From contig JBAZLC010000001.1 in the NCBI GenBank assembly GCA_041650415.1, positions 2,998 through 66,997 of the forward strand: a DNA stretch of 64,000 bases. Direction: 5' to 3'. Positions 30,688 through 37,917 of this stretch are shown here, one piece after another. The position numbers were made by a program, and so were the translations under genes. This DNA comes from Minisyncoccota bacterium (lineage in GTDB: Bacteria; Patescibacteriota; Minisyncoccia; UBA6257; UBA9933). The notes below the pieces were generated by a model. The model was given only the letters and a program-made list of their open reading frames with translations, was not told where the DNA came from and ran no database searches. Within the stretch, counting starts at the first letter, position 1; the number at the start of each line of letters is the position of its first letter.

Positions 30688-31263
30688 ATGGACGACGAAA
30701 CAAAAATATTTTTTGAAAAGTTGACGGGAGCGAATGGCAACGACGAAGATTCCGACGCCGAAGAAAACGCGGAAGAAAAAGAAATTGAAATGGAAATCGA
30801 AAAGCCTACTTTAAAGAAAACCGGCCGGGGCGCCAAAAAGAAAACTTCCGAAGAACCTGAAAAGATTGCCGTTTTTGAAGAACCGAAAATGCTCGATGAA
30901 GAAAACTCAATTGACGAACTTTTTGATGAATCCGAAGGCGAACTGGCAATTGACGTTTACAGCACGCCCACATCATTAGTAATCGAATCCGCTATCGCCG
31001 GTGTAAAGCCTGAAAACATAGATGTTTCAATTAACCCGGAATCGATAACAATCCGCGGTAAGCGCGAAAGGATAGACAAAATAAAAACCGAAAATTACAT
31101 CCACCAGGAGTGTTACTGGGGCAGATTCTCCCGCACAATCATCCTCCCGCAAGAAATAGACCCGGACAAATCTCAAGCCAGCATCAAAAACGGAGTCTTA
31201 AAAATCACCTTACCAAAAAGAGACAAGGAAAAAGTGAAGAAAATAAAAATAAAGTTTGAGTAA
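30688..31263 (+). CDS. Small heat-shock protein (Hsp20/alpha-crystallin) with an acidic N-terminal extension
   Basis: 191 aa. Alpha-crystallin domain (AIDVYSTPTSLVIESAIAGVKPENIDVSI...GVLKITLPK) and an Asp/Glu-rich N-terminus. Confidence 0.8.
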   Translation: MDDETKIFFEKLTGANGNDEDSDAEENAEEKEIEMEIEKPTLKKTGRGAKKKTSEEPEKIAVFEEPKMLDEENSIDELFDESEGELAIDVYSTPTSLVIESAIAGVKPENIDVSINPESITIRGKRERIDKIKTENYIHQECYWGRFSRTIILPQEIDPDKSQASIKNGVLKITLPKRDKEKVKKIKIKFE

Positions 31264-31266
31264 ATA

Positions 31267-31294
31267 AAACCCCCGCTTACAGCGGGGGTTTTGG
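31267..31294. terminator. Bidirectional rho-independent terminator
   Basis: AAAACCCCCGCT-TAC-AGCGGGGGTTTT hairpin with T-runs on both strands, between the convergent hsp20 and a minus-strand small ORF. Confidence 0.6.
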
Positions 31295-31301
31295 TAAAAA
31301 T

Positions 31302-31499
31302 CTAAGCCGCTTTTTCTTGAGATTCCTCTTTCGCTTGATTTTCTAATTCCCTAATCGCTTCTTCGGATTGCGCCACTCTTAATGTTTCCGTGGCTATATT
31401 CATTTTAGCTTCTTGTTCGGCCAAATTTCCTTTTTTCTTCGCCTCTTCTATTTCTTCCGGCGTTAAACTAAATTGTCCGTATTTAAATTTTTCTACCAT
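31302..31499 (-). CDS. Hypothetical small coiled-coil protein
   Basis: 65 aa, Glu/Lys-rich. It is convergent with hsp20 and shares its terminator. Confidence 0.3.
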   Translation of the reverse strand: MVEKFKYGQFSLTPEEIEEAKKKGNLAEQEAKMNIATETLRVAQSEEAIRELENQAKEESQEKAA

Positions 31500-31616
31500 A
31501 ATTTTTATAATTTAATTAATAAATTGCGGCCTTTTTGATAATTATTAATTTTAATAATATTACTTCGTTTTAAAATAATCCGCAACTGCCGGCAAAATCA
31601 AAAAATGAAGGGTTTT

Positions 31617-32171
31617 TCATTTAATTAATTTCTGAATTTCTTTAAAAATATCCAACATCTCATCTTCAAAAATTACTGAAATAAATTTCTTTTTGTCGCT
31701 TGGAGAAATATTGAAAATTTTTTCAATCGGCCACACCTCAAATCCGATAGATTTTCCTTTCTCCACTATTAAATCTTCTACTCCTCCTTTATAAAGGTAC
31801 GCGTAAACAGCCCTTAACGCGTTATTTGTCATGCCGGTTACTTCATCAAAAATTTTGCTTTTTACGATTTTAATAAAATAAAGACTTTCTTTTTCCGCGT
31901 TTATTCCGGTTTCTTCTTTTATTTCTTGAATTGCCGTAGATTCGTAATTTGCGCCAATTTCAACATGACCTCCGACTGTCGCATCTAATAAATCTGGGAA
32001 GGTGTCTTTGTCTTTTTCTCGATGTTGAAAAATTATTTCCTTTTTTGGAGTATAAAACCAAACATGAATCTCTTTATGAAGTAATCCTTGCTTGTGAATA
32101 TTATCACGAGTTTCTTCGCCTATTATATTTCCACTTTCATCAACAATATTTAATCTTCTACTATCCGCCAT
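31617..32171 (-). CDS. NUDIX hydrolase
   Basis: 184 aa with a Nudix box (GGHVEIGANYESTAIQEIKEETGI). Confidence 0.75.
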   Translation of the reverse strand: MADSRRLNIVDESGNIIGEETRDNIHKQGLLHKEIHVWFYTPKKEIIFQHREKDKDTFPDLLDATVGGHVEIGANYESTAIQEIKEETGINAEKESLYFIKIVKSKIFDEVTGMTNNALRAVYAYLYKGGVEDLIVEKGKSIGFEVWPIEKIFNISPSDKKKFISVIFEDEMLDIFKEIQKLIK

Positions 32172-32175
32172 AAAT

Positions 32176-32592
32176 TTATTTTTGAATTTTTGAAAAGTCG
32201 CCGTCTATAACAATCGGCGACATAGCTTCTATTTCATCTCTATATCCGACGTTTGGAATTTCATGTAAAAGATAAATCGGTTTATTAAGAACAAAAGCAA
32301 ATCCCATCTCAAGAAAAGAATTGCCGCCAATATATCCTTTAATTCCATTACGCTCGGTATTTACAATAAGAACGGCATCTCCTTGTTTTATTATGTCAAA
32401 ATATCCCCGAATCAAATCATATTCAACCTTATTCCTTGCTGATTCCGTATGCATCTTATCAATCGCGTCCATAGCCGCATAATCATAAGTAAATTCGGGC
32501 AAAACAACTTCATGGCCTAATGATTTAAGCTCTTTTTCCGCTTTAACCATTTCTTTTGAAGCGGTCATGCTGCCGCAAATAACGATTTTCAT
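32176..32592 (-). CDS. Nucleoside 2-deoxyribosyltransferase-like (Rossmann-like) protein
   Basis: 138 aa with N-terminus MKIVICGSM and a GGNSF...EMGFAF segment. Assignment is tentative. Confidence 0.35.
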   Translation of the reverse strand: MKIVICGSMTASKEMVKAEKELKSLGHEVVLPEFTYDYAAMDAIDKMHTESARNKVEYDLIRGYFDIIKQGDAVLIVNTERNGIKGYIGGNSFLEMGFAFVLNKPIYLLHEIPNVGYRDEIEAMSPIVIDGDFSKIQK

Positions 32593-32637
32593 ATATTAAT
32601 AAAATTTTGACATATTTCATACGCCAAAATTTTTTGA

Positions 32638-32656
32638 TGTGCCCGGGGTGGGATTC
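32638..32656. repeat. Duplicate of the 3' end of tRNA-Leu (19 nt) with a degenerate tRNA-like remnant
   Basis: TGTGCCCGGGGTGGGATTC occurs at 32638-32656 and again at 32733-32751, the genuine 3' end of tRNA-Leu. On the minus strand the first copy forms a truncated T-arm plus acceptor (GGGGAAUCCCACCCCGGGCA). It is preceded by GCGCGGGGGAGCGAAGCGUUUGGGAUUCGAAGG. Confidence 0.5.
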
Positions 32657-32734
32657 CCCTTCGGGCCGGGCCTCTTGGCCTTCGAATCCCAAACGCTTCG
32701 CTCCCCCGCGCACTGCGTTCGTTTCACTCACTTG

Positions 32735-32817
32735 TGCCCGGGGTGGGATTCGAACCCACAAACCCTTTCGAGTCAAGGATTTTAAGTCCTCTGCGTAAAC
32801 CGTTCCGCCACCCGGGC
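32735..32817 (-). tRNA. tRNA-Leu (anticodon UAA)
   Basis: Type II tRNA. Acceptor GCCCGGG/CCCGGGC, anticodon loop CUUAAAA, long variable arm, T-arm GUGGG-UUCGAAU-CCCAC. Confidence 0.8.
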
Positions 32818-32934
32818 ATAATTACAACCTGAAGCTTAAAGCCTGAAACTTGAAGCTTTTGAGGCCTGGGCGAGAATTGCACTCGCGTATAGTTCTTTTG
32901 CAGAGAACTGCCTTACTACTTGGCTACCAGGCCG

Positions 32935-33273
32935 TTAATCTATTTTATCATCAAGTAAAATTTTTTCAATTTTTGCAAGCTTTTCAATGCCGTGGTCTAT
33001 TTCAAAAACAATTCTCGGCAATGGTTTTATATTTACCCTTTTCATCAACAAATACTGCAAATGACCGGCGCATTTTCCAAGAATATGCAAAACTTTATCC
33101 GCGCCCTCGGAAGGTAAAACGCTGATTCCGACCTTGGCATGCTCTAATTTTTTATCAACATTAACATCGGTGATTGTAACCAAAGAACCTGCCGGAAATT
33201 CAACGTTCTTAATAATAATCGCGCTTAATTCTTCCCTTATTAAACTGGCAACCCGTTCGGGACGATAGTTCAT
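32935..33273 (-). CDS. rbfA: Ribosome-binding factor A
   Basis: 112 aa KH-like RbfA (RVASLIREELSAII...VTITDVNVDKKLEHAKV). Confidence 0.8.
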   Translation of the reverse strand: MNYRPERVASLIREELSAIIIKNVEFPAGSLVTITDVNVDKKLEHAKVGISVLPSEGADKVLHILGKCAGHLQYLLMKRVNIKPLPRIVFEIDHGIEKLAKIEKILLDDKID

Positions 33274-34734
33274 TTAGTATATCAATTTATCTCCGGCTTT
33301 TATTTCCGCTTCGGAATCCAAGAGAATTCCGCATTCCTCTTCTTCACCAACAAGACTCGTGTCTGCTTTGCCTTTTTGAAGATTTATCACTCTTCCCCTG
33401 CCGATGCTTTTTTCATCCCTTAAGATTTCAACCGAAGAATTTTTCTTGAATTCGCCAATTTCGCATTTTCCGCCAATTACTTGCCTGTTTCCTTTTTTGC
33501 CGAAAACCGCCAAAATTTTCATTTCATTGCTTTTTTCCGGCTCCTGAAGAGCTTTTACTTCTTCTTCTATTTTTTTCAAAAGCTCGTAGATTATTTCCGA
33601 AGAAATTATTTTAACATCCTGAACTTTCGCCAAATTCTCCGCCGCTTTGCTTACCTTTGCCTTGAAAGACGCAATAATTGCTTTCGAGCTTGAAGCGTTT
33701 TTAACGTCGGTATCCGTAATATCGCCGATTCCTTCATGAATAATCCGGACATCCGGCATTGTTTTTATTATTTCTGAAATCGCTTCCAAAGAACCGGAAA
33801 CGTCCGCCTTAAGAATCAATTTAACCAAAGTCTCGACATTTTCCCCGTTTTCATCAACCGACGGGACAAAAGCGCCGTTTGTTTTTCCAAGAGGCGCTAT
33901 CATAAATTCCGATAAATCCACTTTGCCGCTGAAAAATTCGTCGCCTATTTGAGGCAAACTTTCAAAGCCCAATATCAAAGCCGGGCTTGAAGGCGAAAGT
34001 TCTTTTACTTTCTCGCCCAAAAAGTTTTCCAAAATTTTCACTTTCCCCACTGCGCCCGAAGCGACAATGTCATCTCCCTGTCTCAAAACGCCGTTTTTCA
34101 CTATGGCGGCAACCGTCAATCCCCTGCGATTATCCATTTTGGATTCAATGATAAATCCGTTCGCTCTCGCCTCGGGATCATATTTCAAATCTTCCATCTC
34201 GGCCGCCAAAAGAATCAAATCCAAAAGCTCGTTCACGCCTTCGCCGGTTTTCGCCGAAATTCCCTGCCAGGAAATATTTCCGCCAAAACCTTCAAGTAAA
34301 AGTCCGGCTTTCGCCAAATCGGCTTTCGTTCTGTCGATGTCGGCGTTATTTCTGTCTATTTTATTCAAAGCAACCACAAACGGAGTCTTGCTTTCAAGTA
34401 AAACCTCAATCGCTTCTTTTGTTTGCGGTTTGACTCCTTCATCGGCGGCAACAACCAAAATTCCCAAGTCCGCCGCTTTGGCTCCACGTTGGCGCATTTT
34501 TGAAAAAGCCGCATGCCCGGGTGTGTCTATGAAAGTGATTTTCTTGCCCGCGTGCGTGATTTCATAAGCGCCGGTTGCCTGGGTTATTCCACCGGCTTCT
34601 TTTGCCACAACATTCGTCTTGCGGATATAATCAAGTAAAGTGGTTTTGCCGTGGTCAACGTGCCCCAAAACAACGACTATCGAAGAACGAGGAATTAGGT
34701 TTTGGGTTTTAGTTTTTAGGTTTTGGGATTCCAT
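33274..34734 (-). CDS. infB: Translation initiation factor IF-2 (short form, N-terminal domains absent)
   Basis: 486 aa. G domain (VVLGHVDHGKTTLLD, DTPGH, NKID), then beta-barrel and C-terminal domains. It abuts rbfA. Confidence 0.9.
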   Translation of the reverse strand: MESQNLKTKTQNLIPRSSIVVVLGHVDHGKTTLLDYIRKTNVVAKEAGGITQATGAYEITHAGKKITFIDTPGHAAFSKMRQRGAKAADLGILVVAADEGVKPQTKEAIEVLLESKTPFVVALNKIDRNNADIDRTKADLAKAGLLLEGFGGNISWQGISAKTGEGVNELLDLILLAAEMEDLKYDPEARANGFIIESKMDNRRGLTVAAIVKNGVLRQGDDIVASGAVGKVKILENFLGEKVKELSPSSPALILGFESLPQIGDEFFSGKVDLSEFMIAPLGKTNGAFVPSVDENGENVETLVKLILKADVSGSLEAISEIIKTMPDVRIIHEGIGDITDTDVKNASSSKAIIASFKAKVSKAAENLAKVQDVKIISSEIIYELLKKIEEEVKALQEPEKSNEMKILAVFGKKGNRQVIGGKCEIGEFKKNSSVEILRDEKSIGRGRVINLQKGKADTSLVGEEEECGILLDSEAEIKAGDKLIY

Positions 34735-34864
34735 ATTTTTATTGATTATTTAACTGATATTGATATAATAAACCTGTAATATTATGAAAAAAGGCTTATA
34801 AAGCCATTTTATCAAGCGGGTTGTTTTATATAGATAAAATAACAAAAATCGAGATTAATTACAA

Positions 34865-34953
34865 GGAGGCGTGGCTGAGCGGTCTAAAGCGACACGGTGC
34901 TAACGTGCTAAGGGCGTTAAACCCCTTCAGAGGTTCGAATCCTCTCGCCTCCG
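34865..34953 (+). tRNA. tRNA-Ser (anticodon GCU)
   Basis: Type II tRNA. Acceptor GGAGGCG/CGCCUCC, anticodon loop GUGCUAA, long variable arm AAGGGCGUUAAACCCCUUC, T-arm GAGG-UUCGAAU-CCUC. Confidence 0.75.
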
Positions 34954-35000
34954 CAATAATTTTCAATATGCCTTTTTGGCATAATTGAAAATTACTACGC

Positions 35001-35232
35001 GGGGCGAATGAGGATTCGAAGACCGCAGCGTAGCGCGAGTTTCACGAAGTGAAGGCGAGCGCCGCGAGGGGCGGCCTGCGAAAAATTTCCGTCAGGAAAT
35101 TTATTTGCAGGCGAATCCTCTCTCAATTACAGTCTAGAGTCGCTGGCGAATCCTCTGCCTGCCGATAGGCAGGCTTAGTGAAAATTTACTTGTAGGCGAA
35201 TCCTTTCACTCTTACAATTTTTCGCCCCCACC
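35001..35232 (+). ncRNA. ssrA: tmRNA-like RNA (candidate ssrA) with an atypical 3' end
   Basis: The 5' end GGGGCGA-AUGA-GGAUUCGAAG matches the tmRNA consensus GGGGnUG-AUUCU-GGAUUCGAC. The PK1-like segment GCCGCGAGGGGCGGCCUGCGAAAAA resembles E. coli GCCGAGGGGCGGUUGGCCUCGUAAAAA. A candidate tag frame GCG AAU CCU CUG CCU GCC GAU AGG CAG GCU UAG UGA encodes ANPLPADRQA followed by two stops. The 3' UUCGCCCC can pair with the 5' GGGGCGAA. No canonical T-arm, G3-U70 pair or CCA is found, and a strong hairpin terminator follows. Confidence 0.4.
35096..35217 (+). repeat. Three imperfect direct repeats containing GGCGAATCCT inside the tmRNA-like locus
   Basis: aggcgaatcctctc (35109), tggcgaatcctctg (35144) and aggcgaatcctttc (35204). 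The first and third extend to about 37 nt (aaatttaYttgYaggcgaatcctYtc...ttaca). Spacing is irregular at 35 and 60 nt. Each resembles the RNA 5' end GGGGCGAAU. Confidence 0.5.
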
Positions 35233-35245
35233 CCGGGGGCTTTTT
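35222..35245 (+). terminator. Rho-independent terminator (GCCCCC-ACCCC-GGGGGC followed by T5)
   Basis: A six-bp all-GC stem followed by TTTTTAATT, immediately after the tmRNA-like RNA. Confidence 0.6.
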
Positions 35246-35247
35246 AA

Positions 35248-35276
35248 TTGACAAATACATAAATTTGTGCTATATT
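35248..35276 (+). promoter_or_regulatory. Sigma70-like promoter TTGACA-17-TATATT for islet gene A
   Basis: ttgacaaatacataaatttgtgctatatt. It is followed by a roughly 130-nt structured leader. Confidence 0.5.
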
Positions 35277-35408
35277 CCCTACATCAACAAAGCCAAAAGC
35301 TTGTTGGGCCGTTAATAAGCCTATCTCTGGCTTATACCGCAGAATACCGAATGTTTCGGTATAGCGATCCAATTCTGGTGGCGGGAAATCTCTGAAAGGA
35401 GATAAAAA

Positions 35409-35768
35409 ATGAGACCGACTAGACAGTACCTTATAAATCTTACAAATCATCTCATCGGCAAAAACCGTTATGATGAACTTTTTAAATTCATCAATAACCC
35501 AGACAAGTTCATCGGCCACGCCAAAATTGCCCTCGAATACGGCGACGTACATGATATGTCCCCTGAGACTCTCGGGAAAATCATGTGTGCATTCGAAATC
35601 GGAGACGTTATGGCGACCAAGAAGGAACTCTTCGACGAGATTCTCTTCAATGGAAGCTGTGAAGACTTTCTTCGCGAATTTGTCTCTCTATGCCTCGCAT
35701 ATTTCATCAGAGACAGGCTTACTGGCGAATGCAAACCCAAATGGGAAAGAAGTTGCAAAACCCGATGA
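35409..35768 (+). CDS. Islet gene A: hypothetical 119-aa protein
   Basis: Consensus Shine-Dalgarno GAAAGGAGATAAAAAATG. Codon usage is atypical for this genome, with many C-ending codons. The protein (MRPTRQYLINLTNHLIGKNRYDELFKF..., 5 Cys) has no recognisable family. A terminator lies at 35786-35826. Confidence 0.5.
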   Translation: MRPTRQYLINLTNHLIGKNRYDELFKFINNPDKFIGHAKIALEYGDVHDMSPETLGKIMCAFEIGDVMATKKELFDEILFNGSCEDFLREFVSLCLAYFIRDRLTGECKPKWERSCKTR

Positions 35769-35785
35769 GACCACAAAGGACAGCA

Positions 35786-35826
35786 GCCCCGACCCAGCAA
35801 CGGTGTTCGGGGCTTTGTTTTTTATA
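35786..35826 (+). terminator. Rho-independent terminator after islet gene A
   Basis: GCCCCGA...TCGGGGC stem followed by TTTGTTTTTTA. Confidence 0.5.
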
Positions 35827-35830
35827 GAAA

Positions 35831-35859
35831 TTGACATTTTTTAATAAATAAGTTAAATA
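35831..35859 (+). promoter_or_regulatory. Promoter TTGACA-17-TAAATA for islet gene B
   Basis: ttgacattttttaataaataagttaaata, directly upstream of the gene B Shine-Dalgarno. Confidence 0.4.
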
Positions 35860-35931
35860 GTATTCAAAGGCTCATTAAGAAACGGGGAAGGAAAAACAAT
35901 ACCTTTTACCATAAATAAAAAGGAGGTTGCC

Positions 35932-36207
35932 ATGGGAAAATTGTCAGCCGAGCGTCATATTGGAACTCGCGTCATCATGTGCCCCAGAAGAGGCGGGGCA
36001 TGCGACCCAAAAGAACCCAAAAATGGAGTTCCGGAAGGAAATGGATGCGCAAACTGCGCAGAGCTTCTGCGGATGGCTATGGAGAAACTGATGATGACTC
36101 CAAGCTGCCCCAAAACGCATACGCCTTGCAACCCCGTGGGAAAACCGCCGAACCACTGCAACGGGTGCGAAGGAATCATTATCCACATGGAAAGCCAACG
36201 AGCTTAA
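35932..36207 (+). CDS. Islet gene B: Cys-rich 91-aa protein with a tandem-duplicated C-x6-C...C-x2-C motif (putative double zinc ribbon)
   Basis: Consensus Shine-Dalgarno AAAAAGGAGGTTGCCATG. Local GC is about 52%. Eight Cys fall in two homologous units: MCPRRGGACDPKEPKNGVPEGNGCANC and SCPKTHTPCNPVGKPPNHCNGC. ORFs are open on several overlapping frames because of the GC content, and the frame carrying the Shine-Dalgarno was chosen. A terminator lies at 36222-36249. Confidence 0.5.
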   Translation: MGKLSAERHIGTRVIMCPRRGGACDPKEPKNGVPEGNGCANCAELLRMAMEKLMMTPSCPKTHTPCNPVGKPPNHCNGCEGIIIHMESQRA

Positions 36208-36221
36208 TCCTGTCCCCTAAG

Positions 36222-36249
36222 GGGCGACTCACAAAGTCGTCCCTTTTTA
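36222..36249 (+). terminator. Rho-independent terminator after islet gene B
   Basis: GGGCGACT-CACAA-AGTCGTCC stem followed by CTTTTTACT. Confidence 0.5.
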
Positions 36250-36330
36250 CTATTTTCAAATTAATAATTGGCTTATAATAAAGAAAGTAAAGAATGTAAA
36301 AGCTCGTTAATAATCAAGGAGGACTAAATC

Positions 36331-36624
36331 ATGACTATTCATGCAAATGTTGTATGGGTACAGACGACCGGTCGAAAAATTCCGGTTCGTGTCGATGGCG
36401 TCGTTGTCGATTGCGATGAATTTGAAGTAATTTCCTGCGATGCCGAGCCAGAGAAAAGAAAACTGACTCGCAGGAAAAGCGAAGAAATTTTCAGAAAGGG
36501 CGGTAGTGTACTTTTTTGGATATCTACCATGGAAACCCTAATCAGTGTCGGACAATTGCTAAATAAGTACGACATCGACTCCATACGAGAAAAAGGCGTG
36601 GATGTACGTGTCCATAATCAATAA
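36331..36624 (+). CDS. Islet gene C: hypothetical 97-aa protein
   Basis: Consensus Shine-Dalgarno AATCAAGGAGGACTAAATCATG. The protein MTIHANVVWVQTTGRKIPVRVDGVVVDCDEF... has no recognisable family. Terminator GGGCGG...CCGCCC with T5 at 36633-36660. Confidence 0.5.
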   Translation: MTIHANVVWVQTTGRKIPVRVDGVVVDCDEFEVISCDAEPEKRKLTRRKSEEIFRKGGSVLFWISTMETLISVGQLLNKYDIDSIREKGVDVRVHNQ

Positions 36625-36632
36625 AACCCAAA

Positions 36633-36660
36633 GGGCGGCCCCGCGAGACCGCCCTTTTTC
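36633..36660 (+). terminator. Rho-independent terminator ending the islet
   Basis: GGGCGG-CCCCGCGAGA-CCGCCC followed by TTTTT. Confidence 0.55.
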
Positions 36661-36728
36661 TTACCATACAATTTTAATAAATAATACGCTGTAACATATT
36701 ATTTATCAAAGCTAAAATTACCTGTTTT

Positions 36729-36902
36729 TTATTTTCCTCTCGCAACTTTTAGGCCCAATGTGACAAAAATTATTCCCAATACGGTAAACGCCGGATTTTT
36801 TATATCCCAGTCCAAAATATAACTAAAAGCGTTTATTAAAATCATTGCAAACCCTATACCTGCCATTAAATATCCTTTTATATTATTTTTGTTTTTATCC
36901 AT
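36729..36902 (-). CDS. Small two-TM membrane protein (57 aa, below the ORF-track cutoff)
   Basis: MDKNKNNIKGYLMAGIGFAMILINAFSYILDWDIKNPAFTVLGIIFVTLGLKVARGK. Its start is 3 nt after the stop of the antiporter gene. Confidence 0.3.
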   Translation of the reverse strand: MDKNKNNIKGYLMAGIGFAMILINAFSYILDWDIKNPAFTVLGIIFVTLGLKVARGK

Positions 36903-36905
36903 AAT

Positions 36906-37871
36906 TTACCATAAAATATTCACAACATATTCCGTCGTTATAAAAACTGCGTAGAAAAATAGAAGCAAAACAGCTTCTTTTTTTGTTAAAATTCTTCCCG
37001 TGCGCATAAAATGGAAAAGTAAAACCGACGCCAAAACCATAAACATAGCCGTAATGTAAATTATTCTTACAGGGAAAGAAAACGGACTTATTAAGGCGAC
37101 TACTCCCACGGCGATAGTGGCGTCTGAAATAACCGTGCCAAGAATATCGCCCAAAGCAAGACAATTGTCTTTGTGTTTAACCGCTCTTATTGAAAAAATC
37201 ATTTCCGGTAAAGTCGTGCCTAGACCAACTACAAGCATTCCGATAAAAACCGGATTAATTTTTACAAATTGCGCCAGTGAAACTCCGTATTTTACCGTTA
37301 AATGCGCTCCAAAAAGCAAAACCGCCATACTTAAACCAAGATAACCGATGTTTTTAAAAATATGTTTTTTGCCGTGGTTATGATCGTGATTATTTTCAAT
37401 AGCTTCCTCCGCCGCAGAACAATCGCGGTGATTTTTTCTGAAAGTCAGATAATAAAACGCGGCTCCGGCAATAATCAAAAAAATTCCTTCCGGCCTTGAA
37501 TAATAACCGTCTATACCCGCGAAAATCGGCAAGGCGATAAAAAACGGATACCATTTATTGCTTTCCAATATTTTACTGTTTACTCTTATTCCGCCGGCTG
37601 TTGAAAGAATAATTATCGTAAAAACAAGCGTGAGATCGGCGACGTTTGAACCAAATAAAGTTCCCAAACCGAAAGACGGAATTCCATCCAAAGCGGAATT
37701 AATGGCGATAAAAGTTTCCGGCAGTATTGAAATAACCGCCACCACAAGAAAGCCAACGACATATCTCGGCAATTTTAAAGCGTGTGCCAAATTAGAAGCA
37801 TATTTAACAGCGTAATTAGAGCTTTTTATAACCAGAAAAAGAGATATTGCCAAGAAAGCTAAATTGATCAT
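36906..37871 (-). CDS. Ca2+/Na+ antiporter (CaCA/YrbG family)
   Basis: 321 aa with two alpha-repeats (GLGTLFGSNVADL, GLGTTLPEMIFSI). Confidence 0.8.
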   Translation of the reverse strand: MINLAFLAISLFLVIKSSNYAVKYASNLAHALKLPRYVVGFLVVAVISILPETFIAINSALDGIPSFGLGTLFGSNVADLTLVFTIIILSTAGGIRVNSKILESNKWYPFFIALPIFAGIDGYYSRPEGIFLIIAGAAFYYLTFRKNHRDCSAAEEAIENNHDHNHGKKHIFKNIGYLGLSMAVLLFGAHLTVKYGVSLAQFVKINPVFIGMLVVGLGTTLPEMIFSIRAVKHKDNCLALGDILGTVISDATIAVGVVALISPFSFPVRIIYITAMFMVLASVLLFHFMRTGRILTKKEAVLLLFFYAVFITTEYVVNILW

Positions 37872-37917
37872 AAATTCAGTATATCAAATTTTAATAAAAA
37901 ACGTATATTTAATAAAC

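Noticed and set aside
22681-32751. A 10 kb integrated element bounded by the duplicated tRNA-Phe 5' and tRNA-Leu 3' fragments
   Set aside because: The intervening DNA is the rRNA operon, valS, hsp20 and other core genes of native composition, with no integrase or mobility genes. The two tRNA fragment duplications are treated as independent local scars.
32819-32934. Short tandem ctgaagctt / cctgaaactt / gaagctttt repeats between tRNA-Leu and rbfA
   Set aside because: They are only about 30 nt of low-complexity tandem sequence and were not judged functional.
35096-35217. CRISPR-like array of GGCGAATCCT repeats
   Set aside because: There are only three short imperfect repeats with irregular 35 and 60-nt spacing. 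They lie inside a tmRNA-like transcript and no cas genes are nearby.
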